Origin: an uncultured Synechococcus sp.
GTDB taxonomy: Bacteria > Cyanobacteriota > Cyanobacteriia > PCC-6307 > Cyanobiaceae
DNA length: 64,000 nt
Assembly: GCA_913050565.1 (NCBI GenBank)
Contig: CAJWZW010000001.1
Location: forward strand, 14,214-78,213
Reading direction: 5' to 3'
Within the stretch, counting starts at the first letter, position 1. Each line of letters opens with the position of its first letter. The notes under the pieces are model-generated. The model saw only the letters and a list, made by a program, of their open reading frames with translations. It made no database searches and was not told the origin of the DNA. Positions 31,103-40,923 of the stretch are shown here, piece by piece. A program made the position numbers and the translations under genes.

Positions 31103-31731
31103 TGGCGAAAGCTGATCTCACAGCAGCTGTTGCGCGGTTGGAGCAGGCCACCAGCACTCCTGAACTGGTCCAGGCCACTCGGAGCCTCGCCTCTTTAAGG
31201 GATCCGGATGCAGCGGAAACGCTGATCAAGGTGCTGGGATTCAACAACCCCGCAGTCGCCAGCGTGGCGTCCGAGGGATTGATTCGGCTGGGACGCTCCA
31301 TCGTTCCCAGGCTGCTGGTGAGCATGGACGCCAGGAACTACGGCGCCAGGGCCTGGGTGGTGAAGGTGCTGGCGACACTGCATGACCCACGCGGCTTGGA
31401 CCTTCTCGAACACGCTTTGAAGGCCGACATCGCGCCGAGTGTCCGGCGAGCCGCCACGAGGGGACTGGCTGAGCTGGAGGTGAATGAAGAAGACACTGAT
31501 TCCATCCGCCGCTGCTGCGAAAGTCTGCTGCTGGCTGGCCGAGACGACGAATGGGTGGTGCGCTACGCCGCTGCTTTCGGGCTCGAGCAGCGCCTGCGGA
31601 ACACCACCGTTCCAGATTCGATGGTCCATCAAGCCCTCACTCTGCTGGGGCAACTCGCCTCCTCCTCCGAGAGTGTCAAGGTGGTGCGCCTGCGCGCCCA
31701 GCTCGCCCTCCAACTCCTCAACGCCCCATGA
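31102..31731 (+). CDS. rpcF: Phycocyanin alpha-subunit lyase, F subunit
   Basis: LIKVLGFNNP, NYGARAW, DIAPSVRRAA, DDEWVVRYAA; separate from rpcE (not fused RpcG). Confidence 0.9.
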   Translation: MAKADLTAAVARLEQATSTPELVQATRSLASLRDPDAAETLIKVLGFNNPAVASVASEGLIRLGRSIVPRLLVSMDARNYGARAWVVKVLATLHDPRGLDLLEHALKADIAPSVRRAATRGLAELEVNEEDTDSIRRCCESLLLAGRDDEWVVRYAAAFGLEQRLRNTTVPDSMVHQALTLLGQLASSSESVKVVRLRAQLALQLLNAP

Positions 31732-32207
31732 CCCGGAAGCTGCTGTTCGTGTGTCTCGGCAACATCTGCCGATCTCCCGCCGCGGAAGGGGTCTTCCTGC
31801 ATCTGCTGAAACAACGGGGTCTGAGTGATCAGTTCGTGGTGGATTCGGCCGGCACCGGCGGCTGGCATGTGGGCAACCCCGCCGACCGACGAATGCGTGA
31901 GGCCGCCAGGCGTCGTGGCATTGATCTACCCAGTCGAGCGCGACAGATCTGCCTCGACGATTTCGCCAGTTTCGATCTGGTGCTGACCATGGACAACGAC
32001 AACCTCGCCGCTGTGAAGGGGCTGGCTCAGGAGGCAGGTCCGAAAGCCATGGCCTTGATCAGGCCCATGCTGAGCTACTCACGCCGTTTCCAGGAAACGG
32101 AAGTTCCTGATCCCTATTACGGAGGAGAAGCAGGCTTCGAGCATGTTCTGGATCTGCTGGAGGATGCCTGCAGCAACCTTCTCGATGAGCTCAGCCCGCC
32201 GGAGTAG
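31728..32207 (+). CDS. ptpA: Low-molecular-weight protein-tyrosine phosphatase; end of PBS rod region
   Basis: LFVCLGNICRSP active-site loop, VPDPYYG; ATGA overlap with rpcF. Confidence 0.95.
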   Translation: MTRKLLFVCLGNICRSPAAEGVFLHLLKQRGLSDQFVVDSAGTGGWHVGNPADRRMREAARRRGIDLPSRARQICLDDFASFDLVLTMDNDNLAAVKGLAQEAGPKAMALIRPMLSYSRRFQETEVPDPYYGGEAGFEHVLDLLEDACSNLLDELSPPE

Positions 32208-33702
32208 GCCAGGCCTCCTCAGCGATGCGGGAGCGAAACTCGGCAACAAGGGCTTCGATCACAGCCTCGATATCCATCCCATCGGTGACCAGTTCCACGG
32301 CATCCGGTGCCTGCACGAGAGGTGCCTCAGCCCGGGTGCTGTCGAGATGATCCCTCTCAGCAATCTGTGCCTCGAGCTCCGCTTGCTCCGGCACGGGGAA
32401 TCCGCGCTGGCTTAAATCCAGAGCACGACGTCGGGCTCGTTCACCGACCGTGGCTGTCAGAAACACCTTCAGATCAGCGTCTGGAAACACAGCCGTGCCG
32501 ATATCCCGACCTTCAGCCACAAGCCCACCCTTGGCCCCCATCAACTTCTGCTGTGCAGTGAGCTCCCGGCGAACTGAGCGGTGGGCCGCCACTGCGGACA
32601 CCGCCGCCGTCACCTCCGGGGAGCGGATCGCTTCACTCACATCCACGCCATTCACCAGCACCACCTGTCCGGCTCGAGCTTGCGACTGAAGCTGCAGATC
32701 GAAATTGCGCAGCAGTGGTTCAACAGCTGATGCATCAGCAGGGTCGGCACCGTTGTTCTGAACCCACCACGTCACCGAGCGATACATGGCTCCGGTGTCG
32801 AGGTACACAAGCCCGAGGCGCTCTGCGAAGGCACGGGTCACCGTGCTCTTCCCGGCACCGGCAGGTCCATCGATCGCGACAAGCGGCTGGCGATTCATCA
32901 GAAAGACATGATCGATCAAACGGGTCGTCCCGCAGCGCACTGCCGCTGCAAGCAGTGAAATCGCCTTCTCAGCTCCGCATGGATGCAGTGTGAGTGGGTC
33001 GACCCTCTCTACATACTCCACCTCAAGACCGGCTTCGATGAGGCCACGACGGATCGATGCCAGGGGGGCATCGGAAGAGGCACTGCGCAGGATGGATGGC
33101 AGAGCTGATGCCTGCACCCGTTGCAGAGGCGAGAGGTATTGGTTGCGGGAGCTTCGGGCCAGCCCATCTTTTTCACGGGACGTGGCAACAGAACAGACCC
33201 GCACCGGCAAATCGAGGCCCTGAACCAGGCGACGCAGGATCACCAGCTGCTGCCAATCCTTCTCCCCGAGCCAGATCTGCTGCGGTCGCACCAGATCCAG
33301 CAGCCGCGCCACCACCGTGGCCACACCGTCGAAATGACCCGGTCTGCCAGCACCACAGAGATGCTGCTGCAGCGTCGCCGGTGCCACATGGGCCGGGATC
33401 TGCAGGCCCGGGGGATAAACCGTTTCCAGGCTGGGAGCCCACAGCGCCGCCGCTCCCCAGTCCTCAGCCATCTCACAATCCGCATCAAGAGTGCGCGGAT
33501 AGTGATCGAAATCCTCAGACGGGCCGAACTGCCGAGGGTTCACAAACACGCTCACCAGTGCTGGGCCCTGCTGGGCAGCACGCTGAATCAGGGATCCATG
33601 CCCGTGATGCAGAGCGCCCATGGTGGGCACGAACTGCACGGCACCGGATGTATCGCACCATTCGCGCAGCTCTTGCTCCGTTGTGAGAACAGGCAGGGTC
33701 AG
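32191..33702 (-). CDS. panC/cmk: Bifunctional pantoate-beta-alanine ligase / cytidylate kinase
   Basis: FVPTMGALHHGH, GEKDWQQ, SSRNQYL, AIDGPAGAGKST, EGRDIGT; first canonical start GTG 33639, but homology extends to a CTG at 33702. Confidence 0.95.
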   Translation of the reverse strand: MTLPVLTTEQELREWCDTSGAVQFVPTMGALHHGHGSLIQRAAQQGPALVSVFVNPRQFGPSEDFDHYPRTLDADCEMAEDWGAAALWAPSLETVYPPGLQIPAHVAPATLQQHLCGAGRPGHFDGVATVVARLLDLVRPQQIWLGEKDWQQLVILRRLVQGLDLPVRVCSVATSREKDGLARSSRNQYLSPLQRVQASALPSILRSASSDAPLASIRRGLIEAGLEVEYVERVDPLTLHPCGAEKAISLLAAAVRCGTTRLIDHVFLMNRQPLVAIDGPAGAGKSTVTRAFAERLGLVYLDTGAMYRSVTWWVQNNGADPADASAVEPLLRNFDLQLQSQARAGQVVLVNGVDVSEAIRSPEVTAAVSAVAAHRSVRRELTAQQKLMGAKGGLVAEGRDIGTAVFPDADLKVFLTATVGERARRRALDLSQRGFPVPEQAELEAQIAERDHLDSTRAEAPLVQAPDAVELVTDGMDIEAVIEALVAEFRSRIAEEAWPTPAG

Positions 33703-34268
33703 CGCAACACCTCAAGCTTCACCTGAGCGATGCCTGATGCTGTCAGACCAAGTTCACTGGCGGCTCCGTGCCCCAGATCGATCACGCGATGGTCAATGAA
33801 GGGGCCGCGGTCGTTGATTCGGATCACGGCCGACCGTCCGTTCCACAGGTTGGTCACCCTCACTTTGGTGCCGAAGGGCAGTGTGCGATGCGCCGCGGTC
33901 ATCGTGCCGGGGCGATAGATCTCTCCGCTTGCCGTGCGGTTGCCGTAGAAGCCCGGGCCGTACCAGCTGGCTTCACCGGTCATCACCCGAACCACCGAAG
34001 GCACAGGTCTCACCTTGGGCGGAGGGAGAACCGCTGCGGGTGCAGGAGGCGTCACCTCACGAACCTCTGCTGGGGTCAGCACCGCCCTGGGGATTGGGGC
34101 CGCGACTGGGGCCGCTACGGGGGCTGCGACGGAATCGAGCAGCTGTTCCAGTCGGCTGTTCAGCTGGGGGCGCTCGGAATCCGGGCCCTCCGCTGCCTCC
34201 AGTGGCAGGCCGGTTACGAGAGCAAACGCCGCGGCCCCGACGCCGACCAGGTTCCAAGCCTTGCCCAT
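33699..34268 (-). CDS. rlpA: Septal ring lytic transglycosylase RlpA-family protein
   Basis: [38 protein letters not shown]. Confidence 0.92.
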   Translation of the reverse strand: MGKAWNLVGVGAAAFALVTGLPLEAAEGPDSERPQLNSRLEQLLDSVAAPVAAPVAAPIPRAVLTPAEVREVTPPAPAAVLPPPKVRPVPSVVRVMTGEASWYGPGFYGNRTASGEIYRPGTMTAAHRTLPFGTKVRVTNLWNGRSAVIRINDRGPFIDHRVIDLGHGAASELGLTASGIAQVKLEVLR

Positions 34269-34379
34269 GACGCTCAAGCCGAAAATCGCCGCGACAGTAA
34301 GGGAGTCCACGGAAGATGCACAAGTGGTGGCCGGGTGGAGCCCGGCGGCGGGAGAGGATCAGAACAGCCGCAGCGATCC

Positions 34380-35411
34380 ATGGATTACAAGAGTGCCGGC
34401 GTGGACGTGGAGGCAGGACGGGCTTTCGTCCAACGGATCAAGACATCCGTGGAGGCCACCCACCGCAGCGAGGTGGTTGGAGGGCTGGGGGGCTTTGGAG
34501 GAATGATGCGGCTGCCGGAAGGAATGCGACAGCCCCTGCTGGTGTCGGGCACAGATGGGGTGGGCACCAAGCTCGAACTGGCGCAGGAGCATCGCGCCCA
34601 TCACGGCGTTGGCATCGACCTTGTCGCCATGTGCGTGAACGACGTGATCACCTCCGGCGCCGAACCCCTGTTCTTTCTCGATTACATGGCCACAGGGGCT
34701 CTGAGCCCGGATGCCATGGCTGAGGTGGTGGAGGGAATCGCTGATGGATGCCGCAACAGTGGCTGTGCGTTGCTGGGTGGTGAAACCGCCGAAATGCCTG
34801 GCTTTTATCCGGCTGGTCGCTACGACCTCGCCGGGTTTTGCGTTGCGGTGGTTGAGGAGAGCGAGCTGATCGACGGCCGCCGAATCCAACCCGGAGATGC
34901 CGTGATCGGAGTGGCCAGCAGCGGAGTGCACAGCAATGGCTTCAGCCTGGTGCGCAAGGTGCTGGAGATGGCTGGTGCCGATGTGTCCACACGCTACGGG
35001 CCTGCCCAACGCTCCCTGATCGATGACCTGCTCACACCAACCAAGTTGTATCCAGGCTTGGTTCAAACCCTGTTGAAAAACAGGATTCAGCTCAATGGGA
35101 TGGCTCACATCACCGGTGGTGGGCTCCCCGAGAACCTGCCCCGCTGCCTCCCCGAGGGTTGTCAGGCCCGACTGACCCCGGACAGCTGGCCGCGGCCAGC
35201 ACTGTTTGATTGGCTTCAGCAAGCCGGAGAGATCCCCGAGCAAGCGCTCTGGAACACGTTCAACCTGGGAATTGGCTTCTGCCTGGTGATCCCCCCTGAC
35301 GGCATCGCTCCCGCACTGAAGGTCTGCAAGGAGGCTGGACACGAGGCCTGGACAATCGGCGTCATCGAAGCAGGCGGGTCAAACCAGAGCCTGTTGGGAG
35401 TCCCCGCCTGA
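34380..35411 (+). CDS. purM: Phosphoribosylformylglycinamidine cyclo-ligase
   Basis: [45 protein letters not shown]. Confidence 0.98.
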   Translation: MDYKSAGVDVEAGRAFVQRIKTSVEATHRSEVVGGLGGFGGMMRLPEGMRQPLLVSGTDGVGTKLELAQEHRAHHGVGIDLVAMCVNDVITSGAEPLFFLDYMATGALSPDAMAEVVEGIADGCRNSGCALLGGETAEMPGFYPAGRYDLAGFCVAVVEESELIDGRRIQPGDAVIGVASSGVHSNGFSLVRKVLEMAGADVSTRYGPAQRSLIDDLLTPTKLYPGLVQTLLKNRIQLNGMAHITGGGLPENLPRCLPEGCQARLTPDSWPRPALFDWLQQAGEIPEQALWNTFNLGIGFCLVIPPDGIAPALKVCKEAGHEAWTIGVIEAGGSNQSLLGVPA

Positions 35412-35534
35412 ATGCATCGGATTCGTACGAGAAACCGCTGATGCAAAATCTGCATCGCAACCTCCGATAGAGTGCTCTTAAGCACATCAGGACACAGTTC
35501 CTGATCGCAGCGCCGATACGTCTGGATTAACCCG

Positions 35535-36176
35535 ATGCCATTTGATAAGCCACAACGCGTCACGCGTCGCAGGTCTTCTGCTGGACCCGTTCCACCCCGC
35601 AGACCTGTTAATGGATCCAGTGACCGATCAGGAGGTCACCGCCAGTCAACACGTCCAACCTTTCTCACTCTCAGAGACCACGGAAAAGTTTTCGTGGCGG
35701 ACATGCCGGATCTGTCCGATGGTCAGCTCACCCACATCGGGAAGGAAGCCGAAGAGGTTCTTGAAAGTCTGGAACGGCGCATCGCTGAGCTTGAGCAGTC
35801 CCTCACCCAGGGGCCTCAGGATCGCGACACCCTGATCAAAGCCAGCACCAAACGCGATGTGACCCGTCGTTTTCTGCGTGCCCTGGAGGAAGAGAAAGAG
35901 CTCCGTCAGAACAATCCAGCCCTGCGGACGGCCGCAGGTGAATCCTTGCCACGCACCTTCCTTGAGGTGGCGCGCCACCGTCTGCCTGGCAGCACCTTCG
36001 ATTCCCTGCTGCAGGAAGCTCTGACGGCCTGCGAGCAGTATCAGGCCGCTCAGACGCCCGAGCCTCCGACGCCACCGGACCCTCCCAAAAAAGTGATCCC
36101 ACTCCACGGTGAGGATCCAGCCAACAGCCTGCCGGTTGTGGTGAGCCCCTCGCCGCCAACTGCAGCAGAAGCCTGA
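35535..36176 (+). CDS. Conserved hypothetical picocyanobacterial protein
   Basis: 213 aa; RRRSSAGP, PTFLTLRDHGKVFVAD, FLEVARHRLPG; coiled coil. Confidence 0.75.
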   Translation: MPFDKPQRVTRRRSSAGPVPPRRPVNGSSDRSGGHRQSTRPTFLTLRDHGKVFVADMPDLSDGQLTHIGKEAEEVLESLERRIAELEQSLTQGPQDRDTLIKASTKRDVTRRFLRALEEEKELRQNNPALRTAAGESLPRTFLEVARHRLPGSTFDSLLQEALTACEQYQAAQTPEPPTPPDPPKKVIPLHGEDPANSLPVVVSPSPPTAAEA

Positions 36177-36186
36177 ACTCAGGTTT

Positions 36187-37170
36187 TCAACGACTCTGGA
36201 ATGGGTTCGCCGGCATTCGAAGCGGGCAGGCAGCCCGTTCCTGATCCAGCCGGTTCACCTCCTCTGGCAGAAGAGACCAATTCAATGCCGCAGCCACATC
36301 CATGGCCTGCTGGGGCGAACGAAGCCCGGGTATGGGAATCGTGCCTTTGGCACGACACCAGTTCAGGGCCACCTGCACCATCGACGCTCCACGTCGATCG
36401 GCGATGACTTGCATCTCCCTTCGCAACCCATCACTGGCAGGAAGTAGACGACGGAAGATCCGACGCCTCAGGACCGTTCCGCTGGAAAGGGCCATTCCGG
36501 GCTTTTTCGAGAGAACACCGAAAGCCAATGGGCTGTAGGCCAGCACATCAATGTTTCTTTCGCGGCAGATGTTGATGAGAGCCTCAACATCACGGTCTCC
36601 CGGAGCGAGCAGTGAGAACTGCACCTGCACACTGCTCAACCGAACAGACCGTTCACCGAGTCGCTCGTGCATCCAGAGAAGGCGCTTGGGACCAATATTT
36701 GAGACACCCAGTTCAGCCACGCTGCCGTCCAGCACACGATCCGCCAGTCCATCGAGCAACGCCACCTCCTGCCATGGCGCATAACGGGCGGTGCTCCAGT
36801 GAAGTTGCACCCTGCGCAGATGACCTCTGAGGCGGTCCTGACTGGCCTGCAGTGCCCGGTCCATCCCCCGTCTCCCCAGCCGCCAGGGGAAGGGAGCCAG
36901 TTTTGATGCGATGCAGAGCCCGGCGCGGCTCTCGGCAGAAAGGGCCGCGGTGAAACGACCCAGGAGAAGTTCACTGCGACCGTTCAACCGGCCGGTGCCA
37001 TACGAATCAGCCGTATCAACAAGGTTCAGACCGGAGGCAACCGCCTGACGGAACGTGGCCTCCAGAACGGCGTCGTCCCGCTGCGGTTCATATCCCCAGA
37101 TCAGTTGATTACCCCAGGCCCAGGTCCCGAATCCGATCCCGTTCAACGGACCACCGCCACTGGCAGCCAT
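36187..37170 (-). CDS. Aldo/keto reductase
   Basis: GFGTWAWG, DTADSYG, LGVSN, LAYSPL, PIPG. Confidence 0.92.
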   Translation of the reverse strand: MAASGGGPLNGIGFGTWAWGNQLIWGYEPQRDDAVLEATFRQAVASGLNLVDTADSYGTGRLNGRSELLLGRFTAALSAESRAGLCIASKLAPFPWRLGRRGMDRALQASQDRLRGHLRRVQLHWSTARYAPWQEVALLDGLADRVLDGSVAELGVSNIGPKRLLWMHERLGERSVRLSSVQVQFSLLAPGDRDVEALINICRERNIDVLAYSPLAFGVLSKKPGMALSSGTVLRRRIFRRLLPASDGLRREMQVIADRRGASMVQVALNWCRAKGTIPIPGLRSPQQAMDVAAALNWSLLPEEVNRLDQERAACPLRMPANPFQSR

Positions 37171-37194
37171 GATCGCTCCATTGACGAGGGGTCC

Positions 37195-37350
37195 ATGGTG
37201 GCCGAAGCATCACAAGCGGCGTTGGGTTCCGATTTGTCCCAGCCCGAGGCCAGCCAGGCCGAGGAGAAGATTCTCTGCGAGCACTGCCTTCGCACGCGGA
37301 GCAATGGGATCCGTTGCATGGGGATGTGCGTTGCAGACAGTGATTACTGA
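37195..37350 (+). CDS. Small Cys-rich protein (51 aa)
   Basis: C-terminal ILCEHCLRTRSNGIRCMGMCVADSDY (CxxC...CxxxC); GAGG Shine-Dalgarno upstream. Confidence 0.7.
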   Translation: MVAEASQAALGSDLSQPEASQAEEKILCEHCLRTRSNGIRCMGMCVADSDY

Positions 37351-37517
37351 TCGCCATCCCGGGCACCGCCGGCAATCAGCGAAAAGCCTGCATTGAACAA
37401 CAGGCATTTGGGAGACTGATCCCATCAAGGCGGATTTCGCCCAGCGTTCATTTGTGTCGTTGCCATCAGATCCCCGCCGAAAGGAAAGCAGGACGAAAAG
37501 CTGGAACGTTCTTCAGA

Positions 37518-37588
37518 AGGCGGCACCCAGATTCGAACTGGGGATAAAGGATTTGCAATCCTCTGCCTTACCACTTGGCCATGCCGCC
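37518..37588 (-). tRNA. trnC: tRNA-Cys (GCA)
   Basis: Reverse complement GGCGGCATGGCCAAGTGGTAAGGCAGAGGATTGCAAATCCTTTATCCCCAGTTCGAATCTGGGTGCCGCCT. Confidence 0.98.
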
Positions 37589-37609
37589 GGAGAGGAACTC
37601 TCGTCCCCC

Positions 37610-38863
37610 ATGGCTGATCGTATCAGCCGAGACGGGGCTTCCCTACTGGTTTTGAGCAATGGTCACGGGGAGGACCTGATCGCCCTGCGTGTTCTCGAAC
37701 AACTGCGAACCCACCACCCCCGGCCCCAGCTCGAGGTGCTCCCGCTGGTGGGCGTTGGACGCGCTTTTGATGCAGCCACCCAAGCCGGATGGCTGAAGCG
37801 GATCGGCCCCGGAGCAGACCTGCCCAGTGGCGGATTCAGCAATCAAAGCCTGCGCGGTCTGATGGCAGACCTTGGAGCCGGGCTTCCCCTGCTGAGCTGG
37901 CGGCAATGGCGCCTCGTGCGTCAGAGGGCCCGAAAAGGGGCCACGGTGCTGGCCGTTGGCGATCTGCTGCCGCTGCTGCTGGCCTGGGGCAGCGGCGCCC
38001 GCTATGGATTCATCGGCACACCCAAGAGTGACTACACCTGGCGCAGCGGGCCTGGGCATCAACTGAGCGACCGATATCACCGTTGCAAGGGCAGCGAGTG
38101 GGATCCATGGGAATGGATGTTGATGCGGCATCGGCGCTGCCGACTTGTCGCCATGCGCGACCCACTCACCGCACGGGGGCTGAAGCGCCGTGGGATCGCA
38201 GCCCTTGCCGCCGGCAACCCCATGATGGATGGCCTGAGAACGGCCCCACCTCCGGCAAGCCTGCAGCGCTGCCGAAGGGTGTTGCTGCTGTGCGGAAGCC
38301 GGATGCCGGAGGCCTGCCGCAACCTGGAGCGATTGCTGGCGGCCATTGCGCCTCTGAGCAACACCACCCCACTGGCTGTGCTCGTCGCGCTGGGAACCCA
38401 GGAGCTGCTGGAACAATCGGTGCCGATCCTGAAACAACTGGGGTTCCGACAAGGCCTGCCCCCCTCCGATCAGCTCGGTGCCGAAGCCTGCTGGTTGCGC
38501 GGACCGCTGATGGTGATCCTGGGCAGGAATCAGTTCACCCAGTGGGCCAGCTGGGCCGAAGTCGGTCTGGCCACCGCTGGCACCGCAACGGAACAGCTTG
38601 TGGGCCTGGGCATCCCAGCCCTGTCACTTCCAGGGCGAGGCCCGCAGTTTCATGCGGCCTTCGCACGCCGCCAGGCCCGACTGCTGGGGGGAGCCGTCAG
38701 GCCCTGTTCCAGCGGGGAGGATCTGCGTGATCGTCTGGAAACGCTGCTGACAACTCCGGAACTGTGCCGAGAGCTCGCCGCCATCGGCCGCAGTCGGATG
38801 GGGCGTCCGGGGGGAAGTGCCCGGCTGGCGGAACTGGTGCTGGAACGGCTGCACGGATACTGA
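37610..38863 (+). CDS. Lipid-A-disaccharide synthase-related protein (cyanobacterial glycosyltransferase-like)
   Basis: LSNGHGEDLIA, LPSGGF, GTPKSDY, GNPMMD, AGTATEQLVGLG. Confidence 0.85.
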   Translation: MADRISRDGASLLVLSNGHGEDLIALRVLEQLRTHHPRPQLEVLPLVGVGRAFDAATQAGWLKRIGPGADLPSGGFSNQSLRGLMADLGAGLPLLSWRQWRLVRQRARKGATVLAVGDLLPLLLAWGSGARYGFIGTPKSDYTWRSGPGHQLSDRYHRCKGSEWDPWEWMLMRHRRCRLVAMRDPLTARGLKRRGIAALAAGNPMMDGLRTAPPPASLQRCRRVLLLCGSRMPEACRNLERLLAAIAPLSNTTPLAVLVALGTQELLEQSVPILKQLGFRQGLPPSDQLGAEACWLRGPLMVILGRNQFTQWASWAEVGLATAGTATEQLVGLGIPALSLPGRGPQFHAAFARRQARLLGGAVRPCSSGEDLRDRLETLLTTPELCRELAAIGRSRMGRPGGSARLAELVLERLHGY

Positions 38864-38881
38864 GGTCTGCTGAAGCGATCC

Positions 38882-39151
38882 ATGGCCGCCATCCAAGATC
38901 AGAAATACGTCAAGCTCTGCGCCCAGCTCGCCAGTCGCCTCAGCATCAGCCTGGCGAGTGCCCGTCGCCGGGTGGATCAAGCCGCGGCCCGGGAGGGTCG
39001 CCGGGACGTTGAAGGGCGTCGCGCCATGGCGCAGTCGCTTCTGGACGCTCTCGATGACAACTCCTCCGACAGCACTGCGGAGAACTCCGACAGGCTGGAC
39101 TCCCTGCTCAGCGTCAGCGAAGGAGACGGCAATTTCATCATCGAAGACTGA
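38882..39151 (+). CDS. Conserved hypothetical protein
   Basis: 89 aa, YVKLCAQLASRLSISLASARRRVD...NFIIED. Confidence 0.75.
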   Translation: MAAIQDQKYVKLCAQLASRLSISLASARRRVDQAAAREGRRDVEGRRAMAQSLLDALDDNSSDSTAENSDRLDSLLSVSEGDGNFIIED

Positions 39152-39172
39152 AGCCGCTGCTGCCTTTGGCGG

Positions 39173-39817
39173 TCAATGCTCGAAGGTCTGGTGGAAGCGC
39201 AACCGATCCAGTTCGGAGATCACAGGAATGCACTGAAAACAGCGCAGGGCAAGCTCCCAGCGGCCCTCCCGCCTCAGCATCGTTTCAAGCCGCTCACGGG
39301 CGGGCAGCAGGTACCGAACGTCATTGGCGGCATAGGCGAGCTGCACATCCGTGAGTTCATCAACCCGGCCCCAGTCACTGCTCTGAGCTCCCTTGTCGAG
39401 CTCAACCCCCACAAGCTCCATCACCAGATCCTTCAGACCATGGCGGGGGGTGTAGGTGCGGCCCAGGCGGCTGCCCACCTTGGTGCAGAACAGAGGATTC
39501 ACCGCAATCCCGAGTCCACTGGCCAGCGCAGCCACATCAAATCTGGCGAAGTGAAACACCTTCTCGACGTCCTCCGCCTCCATCAACCGTTGCAGGTTGG
39601 GAGCCTCGCGCTGCCCTAAACCGATGCGCACACAGCTCACCCGATCCTCTGCATCTGCGATCTGCACCAGACAGAGTCGGTCGCGACCATGAATCAGGCC
39701 CATCGCTTCGGTATCGACCGCCAGACGCGGCGTCTTGAGGTAACGCTCAGCCCAGTCGGCGTCGAGATCCCCATCAAAAACGGCGAACTCAGCGGGAGCG
39801 GGGCGGGGATCAGCCAT
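39173..39817 (-). CDS. rnd: Ribonuclease D-like 3'-5' exonuclease
   Basis: AVDTE, RDRLCLVQI, KVFHFARFD, QSSDWG, YAANDV. Confidence 0.92.
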   Translation of the reverse strand: MADPRPAPAEFAVFDGDLDADWAERYLKTPRLAVDTEAMGLIHGRDRLCLVQIADAEDRVSCVRIGLGQREAPNLQRLMEAEDVEKVFHFARFDVAALASGLGIAVNPLFCTKVGSRLGRTYTPRHGLKDLVMELVGVELDKGAQSSDWGRVDELTDVQLAYAANDVRYLLPARERLETMLRREGRWELALRCFQCIPVISELDRLRFHQTFEH

Positions 39818-39931
39818 GAGGTGGGACCGGGAACATGGACAGTGTGAATCGCCATCACCAGAAAAACCTCACGTGTCCCTCTTGAATCTCAAAATGAGAT
39901 CGCTTTAGATGAAGGGAGCGTCCCTGCCGCT

Positions 39932-40315
39932 GTGTTCTCCCGTCGCAAACCCTCCCGCTCCTGCCTGGCGGATATCGAGCAGTACTTCCACCAGCCCCCA
40001 CCGCAGTTCCTGGATCTGGAACTGGCCGTTTGCTGGGTGCTCGAATGCCTGCTGAAGGACGACAACTATCCCTCCGGATTGATGCAAAAGCTGCTGAGGG
40101 AGGAACCCCAGCTGCGTCTTTCAGAGACCGTGCTTCAACAGGCGCTGGATTTCCTCGAGCAGCAGGGCTCGATCAGCTCCTACCCCCAGCGATGCCCCAG
40201 CCGGGGCCGTCCACGCCGAATGCTTCACCTCCAGGCGGATGCACGTGGACAGGCCGAAAAACTGATGCAGCCCTGGCACAGCTGGCTGGAATCCCACCGA
40301 TTGGTGCTGAACTAA
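39932..40315 (+). CDS. pex: Circadian period extender Pex (PadR-family regulator)
   Basis: DIEQYFHQPPPQFLDLELAVCWVL, RLSETVL, RGRPRRM. Confidence 0.85.
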   Translation: MFSRRKPSRSCLADIEQYFHQPPPQFLDLELAVCWVLECLLKDDNYPSGLMQKLLREEPQLRLSETVLQQALDFLEQQGSISSYPQRCPSRGRPRRMLHLQADARGQAEKLMQPWHSWLESHRLVLN

Positions 40316-40362
40316 AACCGCTGCGGCTGGCCTAGAAAAGCTCCAATCACCATCGATGCCCA

Positions 40363-40920
40363 ATGCCATCGGGCTTCCAGTCCACGCTGCTGCTCACCGT
40401 TCTGCTGGCTGTCGGCCTGATTTTCTTTCTGCGGGCCGCGAGCAAGGACCGCACCACGGTTGTCGATGTGCATTCCCCCCGACCACCTCTTGAGGTGCTC
40501 AACGGCATCAGCAGCTGGCTTGAACAGCGTGGATGGAGCCGTGATGGCGGTGACGCAGATCGCCAGGTGCTTCGCTTCCGTGGGGAAGTGACAGCGAGTC
40601 TTCCCCTGGCTGTTCTGCTCTCGGCCCTGGCGGCCATCGGTGGCAGCTGCTTCGGGTTGGTTCTGCGGCAGTTGGCCCCGCAGCTTCAGTGGTGGCCGAT
40701 CGCATTGGTGCTGCTCGGCCCTGCCGCAGGATGGATCTACACCCGCAGATCAGCCCGCACCGAAGCGCTTGAGCTGAGGCTTCTGGACACATCAGCAGCA
40801 GTTTCAGGAAGCAATCTGCGGCTTCGAGCCCATCGCGACGAATTGATCGCCATTGAGTTGGAGCTCTCCGAGTCCCTCGAGCTGTCCAGCGATGGATCTC
40901 TGCTGTCATCCCCGATCTGA
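40363..40920 (+). CDS. ccb1: Cytochrome b6f heme ci assembly factor CCB1
   Basis: STLLLTVLLAVGLIFFLRAASKDRT, AHRDELI. Confidence 0.85.
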   Translation: MPSGFQSTLLLTVLLAVGLIFFLRAASKDRTTVVDVHSPRPPLEVLNGISSWLEQRGWSRDGGDADRQVLRFRGEVTASLPLAVLLSALAAIGGSCFGLVLRQLAPQLQWWPIALVLLGPAAGWIYTRRSARTEALELRLLDTSAAVSGSNLRLRAHRDELIAIELELSESLELSSDGSLLSSPI

Positions 40921-40923
40921 ACC

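Noticed and set aside
34097-34132. 12-bp-period tandem repeat
   Set aside because: Encodes a VAAP x3 linker in RlpA; ordinary low-complexity spacer
33768-34379. Long N-terminal extension of PurM (547-aa ORF)
   Set aside because: Antisense shadow of rlpA; PurM homology starts at ATG 34380
37454-37609. N-terminal extension of the glycosyltransferase-like ORF
   Set aside because: Runs antisense across tRNA-Cys; real start is near 37610
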